Below, one piece after another: positions 36,929-48,230 of a stretch of 52,310 nucleotides of DNA. The stretch covers positions 1 through 52,310 of the forward strand of contig JAPETS010000076.1 in the NCBI GenBank assembly GCA_026023565.1, read 5' to 3'. The notes beneath the pieces were generated by a model that ran no database searches, had not been told where the DNA came from, and saw nothing but the letters and a program-made list of their open reading frames with translations. Each line of letters opens with the position of its first letter. Positions within the stretch are counted from its first letter, which is position 1. The DNA comes from Cirrosporium novae-zelandiae (Eukaryota). Position numbers and translations under genes: made by a program.

Positions 36929-37672
36929 AAACTCGGTTCTTCCTTTCGCTGATGCAGTTGATGAAACGCTTCTCTGAAAATATTCCCCAGCCTTTCCCAG
37001 CGTTGATTTTATTAATTCCCTAGAATGATGTCCTGCATCCTTTTCCAGCTGAGAGTCGGAACTTCCATGTCTGCATTCAATGAATGTATACCTTCTAAAT
37101 TGCTTTCTCTAATTGCTCTTTAATAAGTGTTAGAAGCGTTATTCCAATGCAGGTGTGCAAGACAAAGATGGATGATAGATGAGGGAGTTGACTCCAGTCA
37201 AATTGTCTAATGCATGTAATCAGTATGCAGTCTAGCTTCTACTAATTCAACTGTATATCTGTACAAGTATTTTGTAAGCACAATTTGTGCATAAAGTAAA
37301 TATGTAGTAATCATAATTCATGCATCAATGAATACTATTTATGTTTACTGCCCCTGGTCCTAGTAGTTAGATTAAGTTAAATCTTCGGGTTCTTCCGCCA
37401 ATCGGAGACTTCGCTTCTGCAGGAGGCTCTAGGAGGAACTGTACTGCGTAGGGTCAGTATCGGCATCGCAGCTCTTGGAGCTAAAATGAAGCACAACAAC
37501 TTCTGAAATATAATTCTAAACATTCTCTCCTACTTGAACCTTACACCAAAATCGTGCGTTTTGATCATTTCGGAGTTGATCTGATGCTGGTGGAAGGAAT
37601 TTGGTCTTTAAATTGTTGACATCTTGTGAACATCGGCTTACTGCCTTGACGCTCCAAGGAGAACCCACAACC

Positions 37673-40600
37673 ATGGCTGACATTCTCAGTGGACATGAAA
37701 TCAGTATGTACTTATGATCTCCTTATCAGTAGACCAGTCCCTATAATTATATAGGAGCTTCGTCTGATATATATAGGTCACCCTAATCTAAACCTCACAC
37801 CAGAGGAGAAACGAGTTTACTTTCAGTTGTTTCAGGCAGCGGATACAGATAATATCGGGGTAGTAACGGGAGAAGTGGCTGTAAAGTTCTTTGAGAGGAC
37901 CAGCTTATCTCCGACAACATTGGGAGAGGCATGTTTATTTATATTCTGGGGAAGGATACAAGCTAACGACAGTATTTAGATCTGGCAGCTTGCGGATACA
38001 GAGAATCGAGGTCTTCTAACCCCAGCTGGATTTGCAGTAGTTTTACGCTTGATCGGTCATGCACAAGCTGGACAGACTCCATCAGCAGAACTTGCTACCA
38101 AACGTAAGTCAGACCTACAACATCCGCATTCTAGGCTCTTTACTGATCATCGTTTCAATAGCTGGTCCTCTTCCCAAGTTCAATGGCATCGGTCCTCCCC
38201 AGCCGTCTTCTCCTCCCCCTCTGCAACCACAATTTAGTGGTGCAGCTCCTTTACAACCCCAAGTTAGCGGAGGCCCAATTCGAGTACCTCCGTTAACTGC
38301 GGACAAAGCCAACCAATTTGCGGCCCTGTTTGAACAGTCTGGTGCGCAAAATGGAATGTTATCTGGTATGTAGATCGATTTTGCGAGAAGGCTGTTCCTA
38401 ACATTTTTTGATTCGCGCAGGGGACATGGCAAAACAAATATTCGAAAAAGCGAAGCTTCCGAACGAACTCCTTGGGCGGATATGGTTTCTAGCCGATACA
38501 GAGCAGAAAGGGGTGCTCGGGGTTACACAATTCATCATTGCAATGCATTTGATTACATCGTTTAAGAGCGGAGCATTGCGCGTACTCCCACAGACACTTC
38601 CAGCTGGGCTATATGATGCCGCTCTTCGAAGAGGTGCTTCATCTCGTGCGGGTTCTGTATCCGCCCCAAGGCCAGCGTCTGCAATCCCTCGCCAATTCAG
38701 TGGAGCAGGCCCCGCAAGGACCCAAAGTCCCATGGTCACTGGATCTTTTCCGACACCGTCTCCCTTGTCAGCACAGTCAACCTCCAATGACTGGGTTGTT
38801 TCACCTGCGCAAAAGATTGAATTTGATCGAATATTTGCTGGTCTTGACACGGATCGTAAAGGATTCATAGATGGAGAACAGGCTGTCAGTTTTTTCACTG
38901 CTGCTCGATTGCCGGAGGAGGTGCTGGCGCAAATATGGGATCTTGCAGATATTCACTCCGAAGGGCGTCTTAATCGAGATGAATTTGCAGTTGCCATGTA
39001 CCTTATAAGACAGCAGCGGGGGAGAAAAGAAGGGAGAGGTGTCTTACCTACTGCTCTGCCTCCGAATTTAGTTCCACCGAGCATGCGCCGACAGGATGTT
39101 GCCCCCACACAGCCAACAGCACCAGCATTCAACAACGCTCCCGCTTCCACACAGTCCAAATCTGCAACCGATGATCTTTTCGGGCTGGATGCGTTCTCCG
39201 CTCCGGAACCTCAAATTGCTCAAAATACTGGAATGTCGGCTACCTCAAATGGTCCTTTTGGTACACCAACCTCTCCAAGATCTATCCAAGGAACCCACAC
39301 TTCTCCACCACAGTCGTCGTCTATGTTCAAACCATTTATCCCGTCGTCAGCGTTTGGTCAAGGAATCATTACTACTCAAGGAACTGGAATGTCTGATCCT
39401 GGAAGCTCCGCATACCGACCTCCCCAACCTACGATTGAGGATGATCTTTTGGGGGATGCTGATCCTGACACCAGCAGCAAGCTTACACAAGAAACTGCGG
39501 AATTGGCAAATCTCTCGAACCAGGTTGGCACTTTGTCTCAACAAATGCAGGATGTCCAAATCCAGAGATCAACGGTTGATCAAAACATGGGACAATCCTC
39601 GGCACAAAAAAAAGAATTTGAAATGCGGCTATCTCAGCTTCGGGCTGCTTATGAACAGGAAGTAAAGGACCTGAAAGTAGTTGAACTTCAACTATCCACT
39701 CTTCGTAATGATGTAGTCAAACTCCAGCAAGATATTGCTATGATCGAGGGTACCCATCAGGATGTTCGAAACCAGCACCAGCAAGTTTTTGCAGCCCTTG
39801 AAAGCGAGAGAGCCGAAAAGGCCAATCTCCAAGAGAAACTTCGATTAATGAATGCTGAAATCGCACAGCTGAAACCGGAAGTGGAAAAGGCAAGCTCTCA
39901 ATTAAGGCAACAAAAAGGGTTGAATACGATAAGCAAGAAACAATTATCCACACTTGAGGGTGAACGTGACAAACTATCGAATGAAATAGAGGGTATGAAA
40001 AAAGAAACAGAGGAACTTGCGGCTGAAAATGCTGGAGCTTCTCATGTACAAAGCCCCGCGCCTATTATGAGCCCGGCATCCTCGTCGGTAAGCCAGAGTA
40101 CAAATCCTTTCTTCAGGACAAATACTGGACAAGAGAGCAACCCAATGGCAGCAGGACCTAGTTCTCCTCCACGCGAAGGGCCTTCCCCTGATGCTTTTGA
40201 CAATATTTTTGGCCCTGCTTTCGCTTCCACCCCTTCAGCAGGACCTCCTCCAGTGGCATTTGGCAACTCCCATCGCCCAGAGGATATGACAGCATCGATG
40301 GAAATGCCTGGTGGGTCCGCACGATCTTCTAGCAGCACCGACATGCCAACTCCCTCCGCTACCCCACCGCCTGCTATGTTTCGGGAGACATCCCAACCAC
40401 TAGAGCCGCCACCACCTCCTCAGTCTCGACAGGTGACTCCTAGCCCCCTTCCTTTCCGTGAACAGCCAGAGAGATCAGAGTCAGTCAGTTCCTCTGTCAA
40501 AGCTTCTGCACCTGGTAGCCGATTTGGCGCAAAGGATTCTCGCTCCCAGTCTCCTTTCACTTTTGTTGGTTCTACTACTGATGGTAATGATGATAATCCG

Positions 40601-41927
40601 ATCATACTCCCTTCAGACACTGAACATGTCATAGCTCCCGAATCTTCGAGAGAAGCTCCTACAGAGCCTTCAAGTAGCATACCTGGGGCCTTCCCTGGCG
40701 AAACTCCACAGTTCTCGAAAGAGACAGACCCTTTCTCTCAGAATCATGAATCTCCTCAAGCCACTGATGCAAAAGACGATTTCGATGCTGCTTTTGCAGG
40801 GTTTGGAACTTTGGGTTCGTCCCGCACTGCTGATGCTGCTCACATCGATAAACTTATGACCGGATCAAAGCAGAAGGACGAATTTCCACCAATTCAGCTA
40901 CTAGATGAAGAAGATGACAGTGACAGCAGCAGTGGGGCTGGATTTGACGACGACTTTACTGCGGTTTCTCCTCCCAGAAATCTCGAGGCTGAGAAGGAGA
41001 AGGTACAGAGACCTCCAATTGCACCAGCGGAATCCAATTCATCAGAGCTACCAACTGCAGATGCTCAAGTATCTCCTCCAAGCTACGAGCCTCCTGCCAC
41101 CTCTTCACCAGAAGCCACAAACCTTTCGAATCAATTTCCGCCCGAGTTTACTGGCCTTCTACCTTCACGAGAGGACCCAACTGCATCAGGTCCCAGCTCG
41201 GTACCTACTGTACCGTTCACAAATGGCACAGAGACTGTAACTCAGCCCGCACTAGCCCCTAAGGGAACTGAGTCTGCACCGAACGGTAACGGTTCGAAAG
41301 ATGATTTCAATGATGACTTTGATGACGCTTTCAGTGACCTTGCCGAAGCAAAGGAAGAAAAAATAGATGATTCCGAACTTCCTACCAACCAACAAGACGA
41401 TCTAGATGATTTTAACCCTGTCTTTGATTCTCCAGATGTGACAAACTCTACCACGGTGGCGCCTACCACCAGCACTTTACAACCTGACTCGGCTTTTGCG
41501 GATTTTGAAAGCAACATTGGAGGCCCAGCACAGACTTCTCAAGAAGCCGGTTCCGGGGATCATGATTGGGACGCAATCTTCGCTGGACTTGATGACGCTA
41601 AAAAGGAGGATCCATCCGCATCTCTCGGAGACGATGTTTTTGCATCAGGGCCTTCGGATCCCAAACCTGTGGACGGTGCAGCGGCTGAAGAACCTGCAAA
41701 ATTAGAAACACCCAAAGAGGCCCCAAAGCTTGACCGCACATTAACCACGGAACATGATGATCCTATCCTAAAGCGGCTGACAGCAATGGGATATCCCAGG
41801 GATGATTCTGTGGCAGCGCTCGAGAAGTTTGACTATAATCTTGACAAGGTGAGCGCCTAAGATTGTCTGGATAATCTCAATCTGACGATTGGTATAGGCA
41901 GTAGATTATCTGGTATCCAGCTCATAG
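37673..41927 (+). CDS. EDE1: Ede1/Eps15-like endocytic scaffold (3 EH domains, coiled coil, NPF/DPF motifs, C-terminal UBA)
   Basis: EH motifs LGEIWQLAD, LGRIWFLAD and LAQIWDLAD, a long coiled coil, STNPFF, and UBA LTAMGYPRDDSVAALEKFDYNLDKAVDYL. Intron 37929-37979 is GC-AG. Confidence 0.95.
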
Positions 41928-43393
41928 TTTTCCCGCATGATTCATTTATATCGGATGTATGGATGCAATGCAGAAACTTGGAGATTTATGAAAGCGAGAT
42001 TGCGGAGAAAGATGGATTTGGTTCCAATGCCACCTAAATCTACCGACGTTGATTGTATTCGTAGCGCTTCCTTCTACCTTTCTTGGTCATATTTTCGGAG
42101 CAGATAAACCTGATTATATCAATCAGGTGGATTTCTGTCATTGATAAGCGTGCATTCGTCAAGAACACTTTTGTTGTCTTAGTTTATACTCCCATGGCGC
42201 TTTTGTCAAGAATAATAGTTAATATGATGTTGTGGTATAATGTTGGAGGTGCTTTTAGGAGGAGTTGGTGATGAGGAACCTTATATTTTATTGAATTTCC
42301 TGGGCTGTAAATACATCCAGCCATTCATTCGTTTGTGCATTACTTTCATTGCTTTCGTCGGACAGATGGTTGATCCCAATTTTTCCTATTCCATCCAGCC
42401 TGTGACCCAGTTCCTTAGTATGGTAGTTAGCTCGAGTCATCTTCGAAATCTCCAAAACAATGAACCCATGACACCGTTATGTAAATTATGAGTATAGTAC
42501 AGTACACACGCACACAAAATCTAAATACGAAAAAAAAGGAAGAAAAAAATCCCATCAACGACTAATCAATAAATCAATTATACAATCCAAAATGACAGAC
42601 AGCTAGCCAGACAAACACAGCTACACCAACTAACGAAAATGCGAAATGCACTGTTGCGCTGGCATCGCATATGAACCCCCCCTCTTAGTCCTTGTTCCTA
42701 GGAGCCACTCACTTAGCTTAATTACTTTAAAAGTAGAGTTTTTTTGCGTTAATTATGCATAGATAATTAGATATCTCCTATCTATCTCTCTTACCTTAAT
42801 CTGTTAATTAATGGGCATTAAATAGTGGATAAGTTAATTCGTAGTGGTCGTAGCAGGAGAGTGGAGAAGTACCTAGGTAGGTAGTTAATAGTTACTAAAT
42901 AAACTCACCTCACTAACTAGCCAGCTGAATAGATATAATTACAAAAGTATCGTAACATGTATGGAAACGTATTCAATATAAATGTTTGTAATTTCTAATT
43001 TATCAAAAAAAATCTAGAATCGCTTTTTACTCTCTCTCAATTCTCTCTGTGTAATGTGTGGCGCAGCAATACTGTAATCACTCAAATCGTGGCTGTGCTA
43101 CATTTCCTCTTCCCCACCAACAATGACGTTGATGACGGAATCCGGGAATCGGATGGACTGGACTTCAACTTCAATTTCTCAAGTTCCGTTGCGAGCTCTC
43201 GACGGGGGCGATTAGGCAATCACTAGTTGGTTCGTTGGGCATGCTTTTGGGGGGGCTGAGGGTAGAGTAGGTACGTAAGTACGTACTTGCTCTGCTGGGC
43301 TGCTGTAGGTAACTGGGTAGGGGTTACTATGATTGATGATGGGATGGGGTTGTGATGAGTAGTACTTGGTGTAGTGTGTGCATGCATGCATAG

Positions 43394-43454
43394 CCATCGC
43401 CCATCGCCCATCGCCATCACCATCGCCATCACCATCACCATCGCAATCGCCATC
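43394..43454. repeat. Imperfect (CCATCR)n hexamer microsatellite
   Basis: ccatcgcccatcgcccatcgccatcaccatcgccatcaccatcaccatcgcaatcgccatc. It explains the spurious GDGDGD ORFs. Confidence 0.85.
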
Positions 43455-43841
43455 CGAAGAGTGAGTATAAGCTAGGCTAAGCTCTGCCACCCTCTAGGTA
43501 CCTACATTATCCGCCTTTCAGTCTCTGCCTACTACAAGTTACAAAGCTACAAGTTTACATATGAAACTGTAAAGCCACACACACACCTCCAATAATTAAT
43601 AAGTACACACACACACGCATACGCACGCACTGCATTTAATTCGAGGGAATCTTCCTACCCTTACCTATCTATTCTTCCATTAAATCCAACTCTCCCCTGT
43701 TCCACCCACATCAAACTTATCTCTTGGTTTTTTTTATCCATCGATACCGGGCATATACTTTGCTTGACTTGACTTTATCGTCAAAATCAGTATCGATCTT
43801 GTGGAAAGGAAAAGGATATCTCTAAAAAACACCCCGAACTT

Positions 43842-44780
43842 ATGGCAGACTTTGCCCCTCCGTCTGGTCCGCCCCCACCGAAGGTGCCGGAAGGTTGGAA
43901 GGCGCTTTGGAATGATCAGTATCATGAGTGGTGAGTTTGGTCTTCTTTCTTTCTCTCTTCGAATGTCTGTACATCGTCTAACGTCTCTCAACCAACTAGG
44001 TTCTACGTAAACCTCCACACAAAACAGTCACAATGGGAGCGACCTACGGAACCCATCTACCTCTCCGACTCCATCGCACCTCCAGGTCCCCCGCCTGCCT
44101 ATGATCCCAACAATAGCAATTCTAAACTCGCGCCCGGTGAGAAATCCGGAAGTCTTTCTTCCAACAATCCGTACAATAGCGGTCACGGGTCGTCCTCGTC
44201 AAACGACATCGACGCCGATGCGCGATATGCGGCGCAGCTACAGGCGGAAGAGGATGCGAAAGTGAGAGACGGGTTCCGGAATGCACAGACGGATTATGTA
44301 AATACGTCTATGTCGCCGGGGTATGAACCGCAGCTGAAGCAGCAGTTTGGGGGATCGGATAAGGGGAAGAGTAAGGGTGGGTTTTTGGGGAAGTTGTTGG
44401 GGAAACATTCAGGTGGGCAGGTTCCCCAGTCGTATCGCCATTATGGGAGTCCCTCGCCGGTGAATTACTCTGGGAGCGGACAGTATGGGTATCAGCCGCA
44501 GCAACGTTATGGAGGGTACCCCCAGCAGGGATATCCTCAGCAAGGATATGGATATCCTCAGCAGGAATATGGAGGGTATCAGCAACAGCAGGTGAAAAAG
44601 AAGGGAGGATTAGGCACGGCGGGTGCGGCAGCGTTGGGGGTCGGTGGTGGATTGGTGGGAGGAATGTTGTTAGCAGATGCCATTGACGACCATGACGAAC
44701 ACGAGTATGATCAAGGGTACCAGGACGGGGCAGATGGGGGTGGGTTTGATGGTGGTGATGATTTCGGGGGAGATTTCTGA
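43842..44780 (+). CDS. WW-domain, Gly/Gln/Tyr-rich protein (Wwm1-like), 2 exons
   Basis: PPKVPEGWKALWNDQYHEW|FYVNLHTKQSQWERP (WW domain), PPAY motif, GYPQQ repeats, LGVGGGLVGGMLLADAI and a GGDF end. Confidence 0.9.
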
Positions 44781-45352
44781 TCCTGGACTACGCGTCTAGT
44801 TGATGAGATACGAAGACTTTTTTGTTGGTTGAAATGATGGTGGGATGGCTGCTTCTGGCGTTTAGGTGCATAGATATGAATATGATCAGCCAATTCATTT
44901 GAGATGGTTAATCCATCTCTAGTATCTTTAACTACGGATGGTGTCTGGCAATCCATATTCGTAGATGTAGCTGAGACTACTAAAACTGCCTTCGATCGTG
45001 TACCTTTTATAGGCCGGTGTTTGATATGGAGGTCTTCGTAGAGGACTTTGTCCTAGTCGTGGTTGTATTGTGGTTGGAGGGTGCAAATATACCAATTTTG
45101 CATAGCATGAGTAGCAGTCTGTAACTTCGTAGATGCTAAGAATTTGAACGGGAATCGACTTTGATTGCCGCTTTCTTTGCTGATGAGAACATCAATCTCC
45201 CAGGCCCGAATTTTGTGTCTGTTTCAACTACAGGCAATCCAAGCGGTTAGGTGAGCCACCGTGTCTAGTCTCAGGATATTCTGCTTGGATCTTCCAGTTA
45301 GAAGGTTGTGTATGAGATCCCGTGGTTGCCAGAACCTTTGGAGGGAACCAGG

Positions 45353-46189
45353 TCACCGCCAACCTCCAACACGCCCCTCATCCCACCTATCCTTCCTCTC
45401 TTTTCTCAAGTGTACAAGCTTCCTCTCCTCCCTAAACCTTTTCGTCCACGCCTCCACTTCCCTCTCCCCCGCCTTCCCTTCCCCTTCAAAGAAACTTTCT
45501 TCCAAAGCATGACATACACTCTCCTGTTCCCCAACACTTGCGACTAATCTCTGGTACAGACTCTTGGCCGAAAAGGGCGCAAGGGCGGCATCTACTTCCG
45601 CCTGCTTTGTACGCCATGCCCGTTCAAGAGCGTGGACGTTTAGAAGTTGTGTTTCGGTTTGGGAGCGCATATGGACGAGATGGTTGTGTAAATTTGCAAG
45701 AGTGTTTGCGAATTCAATGTTGGCTTCTAGGGCAGCCTCGGCGGACTGTTGAGAGGCGGTCGCAGTGGGATGGGTTGTTGATGGGGCATGGATAAGAGCG
45801 TCGAGTATGCTGGGAGAGTGTAGGGCATAGGACAAGTCTCCTTTTCTGAAGGGTTGTCAGATATATCTACCCCAGGTACCATATGGCACTTACGATTTGT
45901 CCTTTAATATCTCTGGTACCCATCCTTCCTCTGGAAGAGGTGAAGGAGCAGGAGTAGTGGATTCTGAGATCTGGTCTGCATATTGGCTATTCCGATTACT
46001 TTGGCTTGACTGCTCTATTGGAGGAGGAGGAGGCAATGGAGGACCTGCTTGAGGTGTTCCTAGCCGGCTTGTCTCATGGCTACTTGGTTTTGGAGGGGGT
46101 GGAGGAGGGGCATTTGGGTCTATGGGCAGAGATGTTGGAAAAGTACTAGCCGTTGGACTAGCAGTAGGGAAAGGTCCAGTATAAGACAT
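45353..46189 (-). CDS. VPS37: ESCRT-I subunit Vps37-like (Mod_r domain), 2 exons
   Basis: Pro-rich N-terminus, WVPEILKDKS, then a coiled region (ERAWRTKQAEVDAALAPFSAKSLYQRL...ALEESF) and end RKERKDRWDEGRVGGWR. Confidence 0.8.
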
Positions 46190-46572
46190 AGCTTAGAAGT
46201 ACTGAAAGAAATTAATCACAAGACTTTATAGAAATTGAAATGTATAGAGGTACTGGTTCATATGTGGAGGCCGGAATAGCTTTCCATCGGAGGTTTACCA
46301 CAATAAATGCCGAGAAGCGGGCCAATTCGGGTTTAGAAGCGGAGTGCACGAACCACCACAAGCTTGAAAGTTTCTTCATAAAACCCTTCAAAACTTTTCA
46401 TTTTCTTCTTCTTTTTCTCAACACCATCCGTTCACTCGGTTTCTATCATCAACATGGTCCTCAATTGGAATTTCTGATGGCAGTTTTTTTGCTATGCTAG
46501 CTGCTAGCAGCTGGCCTTTTTCTGAATACCTTTCTGATAAGCTTGCCATTTTTTCTTAACCCTAGGAATCGA

Positions 46573-46658
46573 GCTTCGGTGATGAAATTCGAATATCCAT
46601 ATCCTATCGCATCATGAAGGATTTCGATACAACTCTAGAATTACCCTGAACTCGAAGC
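46573..46658 (+). ncRNA. Box C/D snoRNA, U45-like (18S guide)
   Basis: C box GTGATGA 46579-46585, D box CTGA 46646-46649, terminal stem GCTTCG/CGAAGC. Guide CTCTAGAATTACC is complementary to conserved 18S GGUAAUUCUAGAG. Confidence 0.88.
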
Positions 46659-46812
46659 CACCAGACGGGATTATGGATCCTCAACTGGCTTGCCCAGTCA
46701 TACGCTAACCTACGTTTTACACGTAGGATGCTTGTCCCATGCAGTGCGCAGTACTATGCTACTGTAATTTATAAAGGTACGAAACTATCTTCCCTTTAGT
46801 ATTACCCTTTAT

Positions 46813-46910
46813 CTCGAGTGATGAATATACAAGACACGGAAAGGCATTCCTCGATCTGAATAATTAGTGTCGAATTCTGTCTATATCAAGTTTCAGCCTT
46901 GTCTGACCCA
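46813..46910 (+). ncRNA. snR41: Box C/D snoRNA, snR41-like (two 18S guides)
   Basis: C box GTGATGA 46818-46824. D' CTGA 46856-46859 is preceded by AGGCATTCCTCG. D CTGA 46903-46906 is preceded by AAGTTTCAGCCTTG, complementary to 18S CAAGGCUGAAACUU (the yeast Gm1126 region). Confidence 0.85.
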
Positions 46911-47012
46911 TTTTCTCTCAACAATTGATATAACCGTCTATTGAATGAAATGGTTACTAACATTAGTGTTTTCAATCTAGGTACTACAACACTTCCCTAT
47001 ATAGCACCCATG

Positions 47013-47146
47013 TCATCATGATGAAGTTTGAACGAACGGGCGGACAGACTGTGTACTCATCAACTAGTCTCTGTTACAGCAAGTCGTACAAAACTTGTAG
47101 ATTCTAGTGGGTGAAGTACTTGTTGAGAATTCGTCACCTGATCACG
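47013..47146 (+). ncRNA. snR70: Box C/D snoRNA, snR70-like
   Basis: C box ATGATGA 47018-47024. Guide ACGGGCGG, D' CAGA (47045-47048) and then TGTGTAC together match 18S GUACACACCGCCCGU (yeast Cm1639 region). D CTGA at 47138-47141. Confidence 0.85.
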
Positions 47147-47254
47147 ATTGCTACTACATTTGTTGTCAAGTTACTTTGGTGGAATACTCTGCTAACCCTT
47201 TGATAAGATAGGTACGGTTACAACCATTTCTCTCTTTACTTTCTCAATGGATTC

Positions 47255-47358
47255 TATTAAATGATGAACACTATTCACACTGTTTGATCTTGACATCGCT
47301 CCTAACGAGGGCACGTCTTGATATGAACGCACAACACTGAAAATTCTGATTTAATGAG
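47255..47358 (+). ncRNA. snR51: Box C/D snoRNA, snR51-like
   Basis: C box ATGATGA 47261-47267. D' guide TATTCACACTG is complementary to 25S CAGUGUGAAUA (yeast Um2729 region), followed by TTGA. D CTGA 47346-47349 is preceded by ACACTGAAAAT. Terminal stem ATTAA/TTAAT. Confidence 0.85.
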
Positions 47359-48230
47359 GTAAGCTACTTCTTGTCCATCGTCTGGAATATCGACTAACGA
47401 AAGGCTGGAAGCCTGAAATAGGAATCCTTGATTATTATTTTCTTTATTACAATCATTATCAAGTCTTGCAGTCGCTGACTAGTTTGATTGTTATATTAGG
47501 TCCTTGTTGAAAGACTAATCTAATTGGATATTGGTATGTCAACTCTAATCCTTTGATCGCTTGATATATCACCTTAGTATTGCACATATGATGATCTGAT
47601 ATTCGCTGTGTTCTTCCTGAGTTTTCTTTGAAGAAATACATCACCTTGGAGAACTGATCTACCTTATTCATACCACATATACTGTACTTTATATTGCTGC
47701 AGTGACTAACTAGTCTTGAAGAATTATAGTATTGGGGTATTGACTCGAGATGTTAATTGTTGCGGTAACCAGTGATATGGTTGAGATCCTACAGAGTAGG
47801 CGAGTAACAGGTTTATCCTCGTTTTACGTTTTGCTCTCTTTACTTCGGTTATACCCTTGATTCGATTCATTGAGACGATACTGCAAAGGACGTGGAGGAC
47901 AAATGGGGCCCATCGTTTGCTACATAGTTATTATGAAATCAAATCATATCTATCATTTCTATATCCCGTAACAGAATATTGATAAATTGATAATGAGCAA
48001 ATATGATGCAGGGCTTAACTTTTATGATAATATCACCGACCCATGGAATAGATGTATAAATCCAGGGCTGATTTAATAAGGCAGCGTTTCTCCTTAGATA
48101 GGATAGTACCGCGCGACTACTTGTTGATCCCCGTGGGGTAACACTATAACCCTCGACCCCTAGCTCTTTATATTTTGCATGATTGTTTGAGCTGCAATAG
48201 TAAATATTTTTTTTATAAACCTCTAACAAT

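Larger units (their letters stand above)
46400..47421 (+). ncRNA. Spliced non-coding snoRNA host transcript (start approximate), divergent from VPS37
   Basis: Each snoRNA is followed by an RCTAAC branch point and a TAG acceptor (46726, 46980, 47211, 47421). Donors are at 46777, 46981, 47212 and 47359. No credible ORF. Confidence 0.7.

Noticed and set aside
47939..48229. 96-aa minus-strand ORF next to the TIR element as a possible transposase remnant
   Set aside because: No DDE, HTH or other recognisable motif, non-ATG start, and it lies outside the TIRs.
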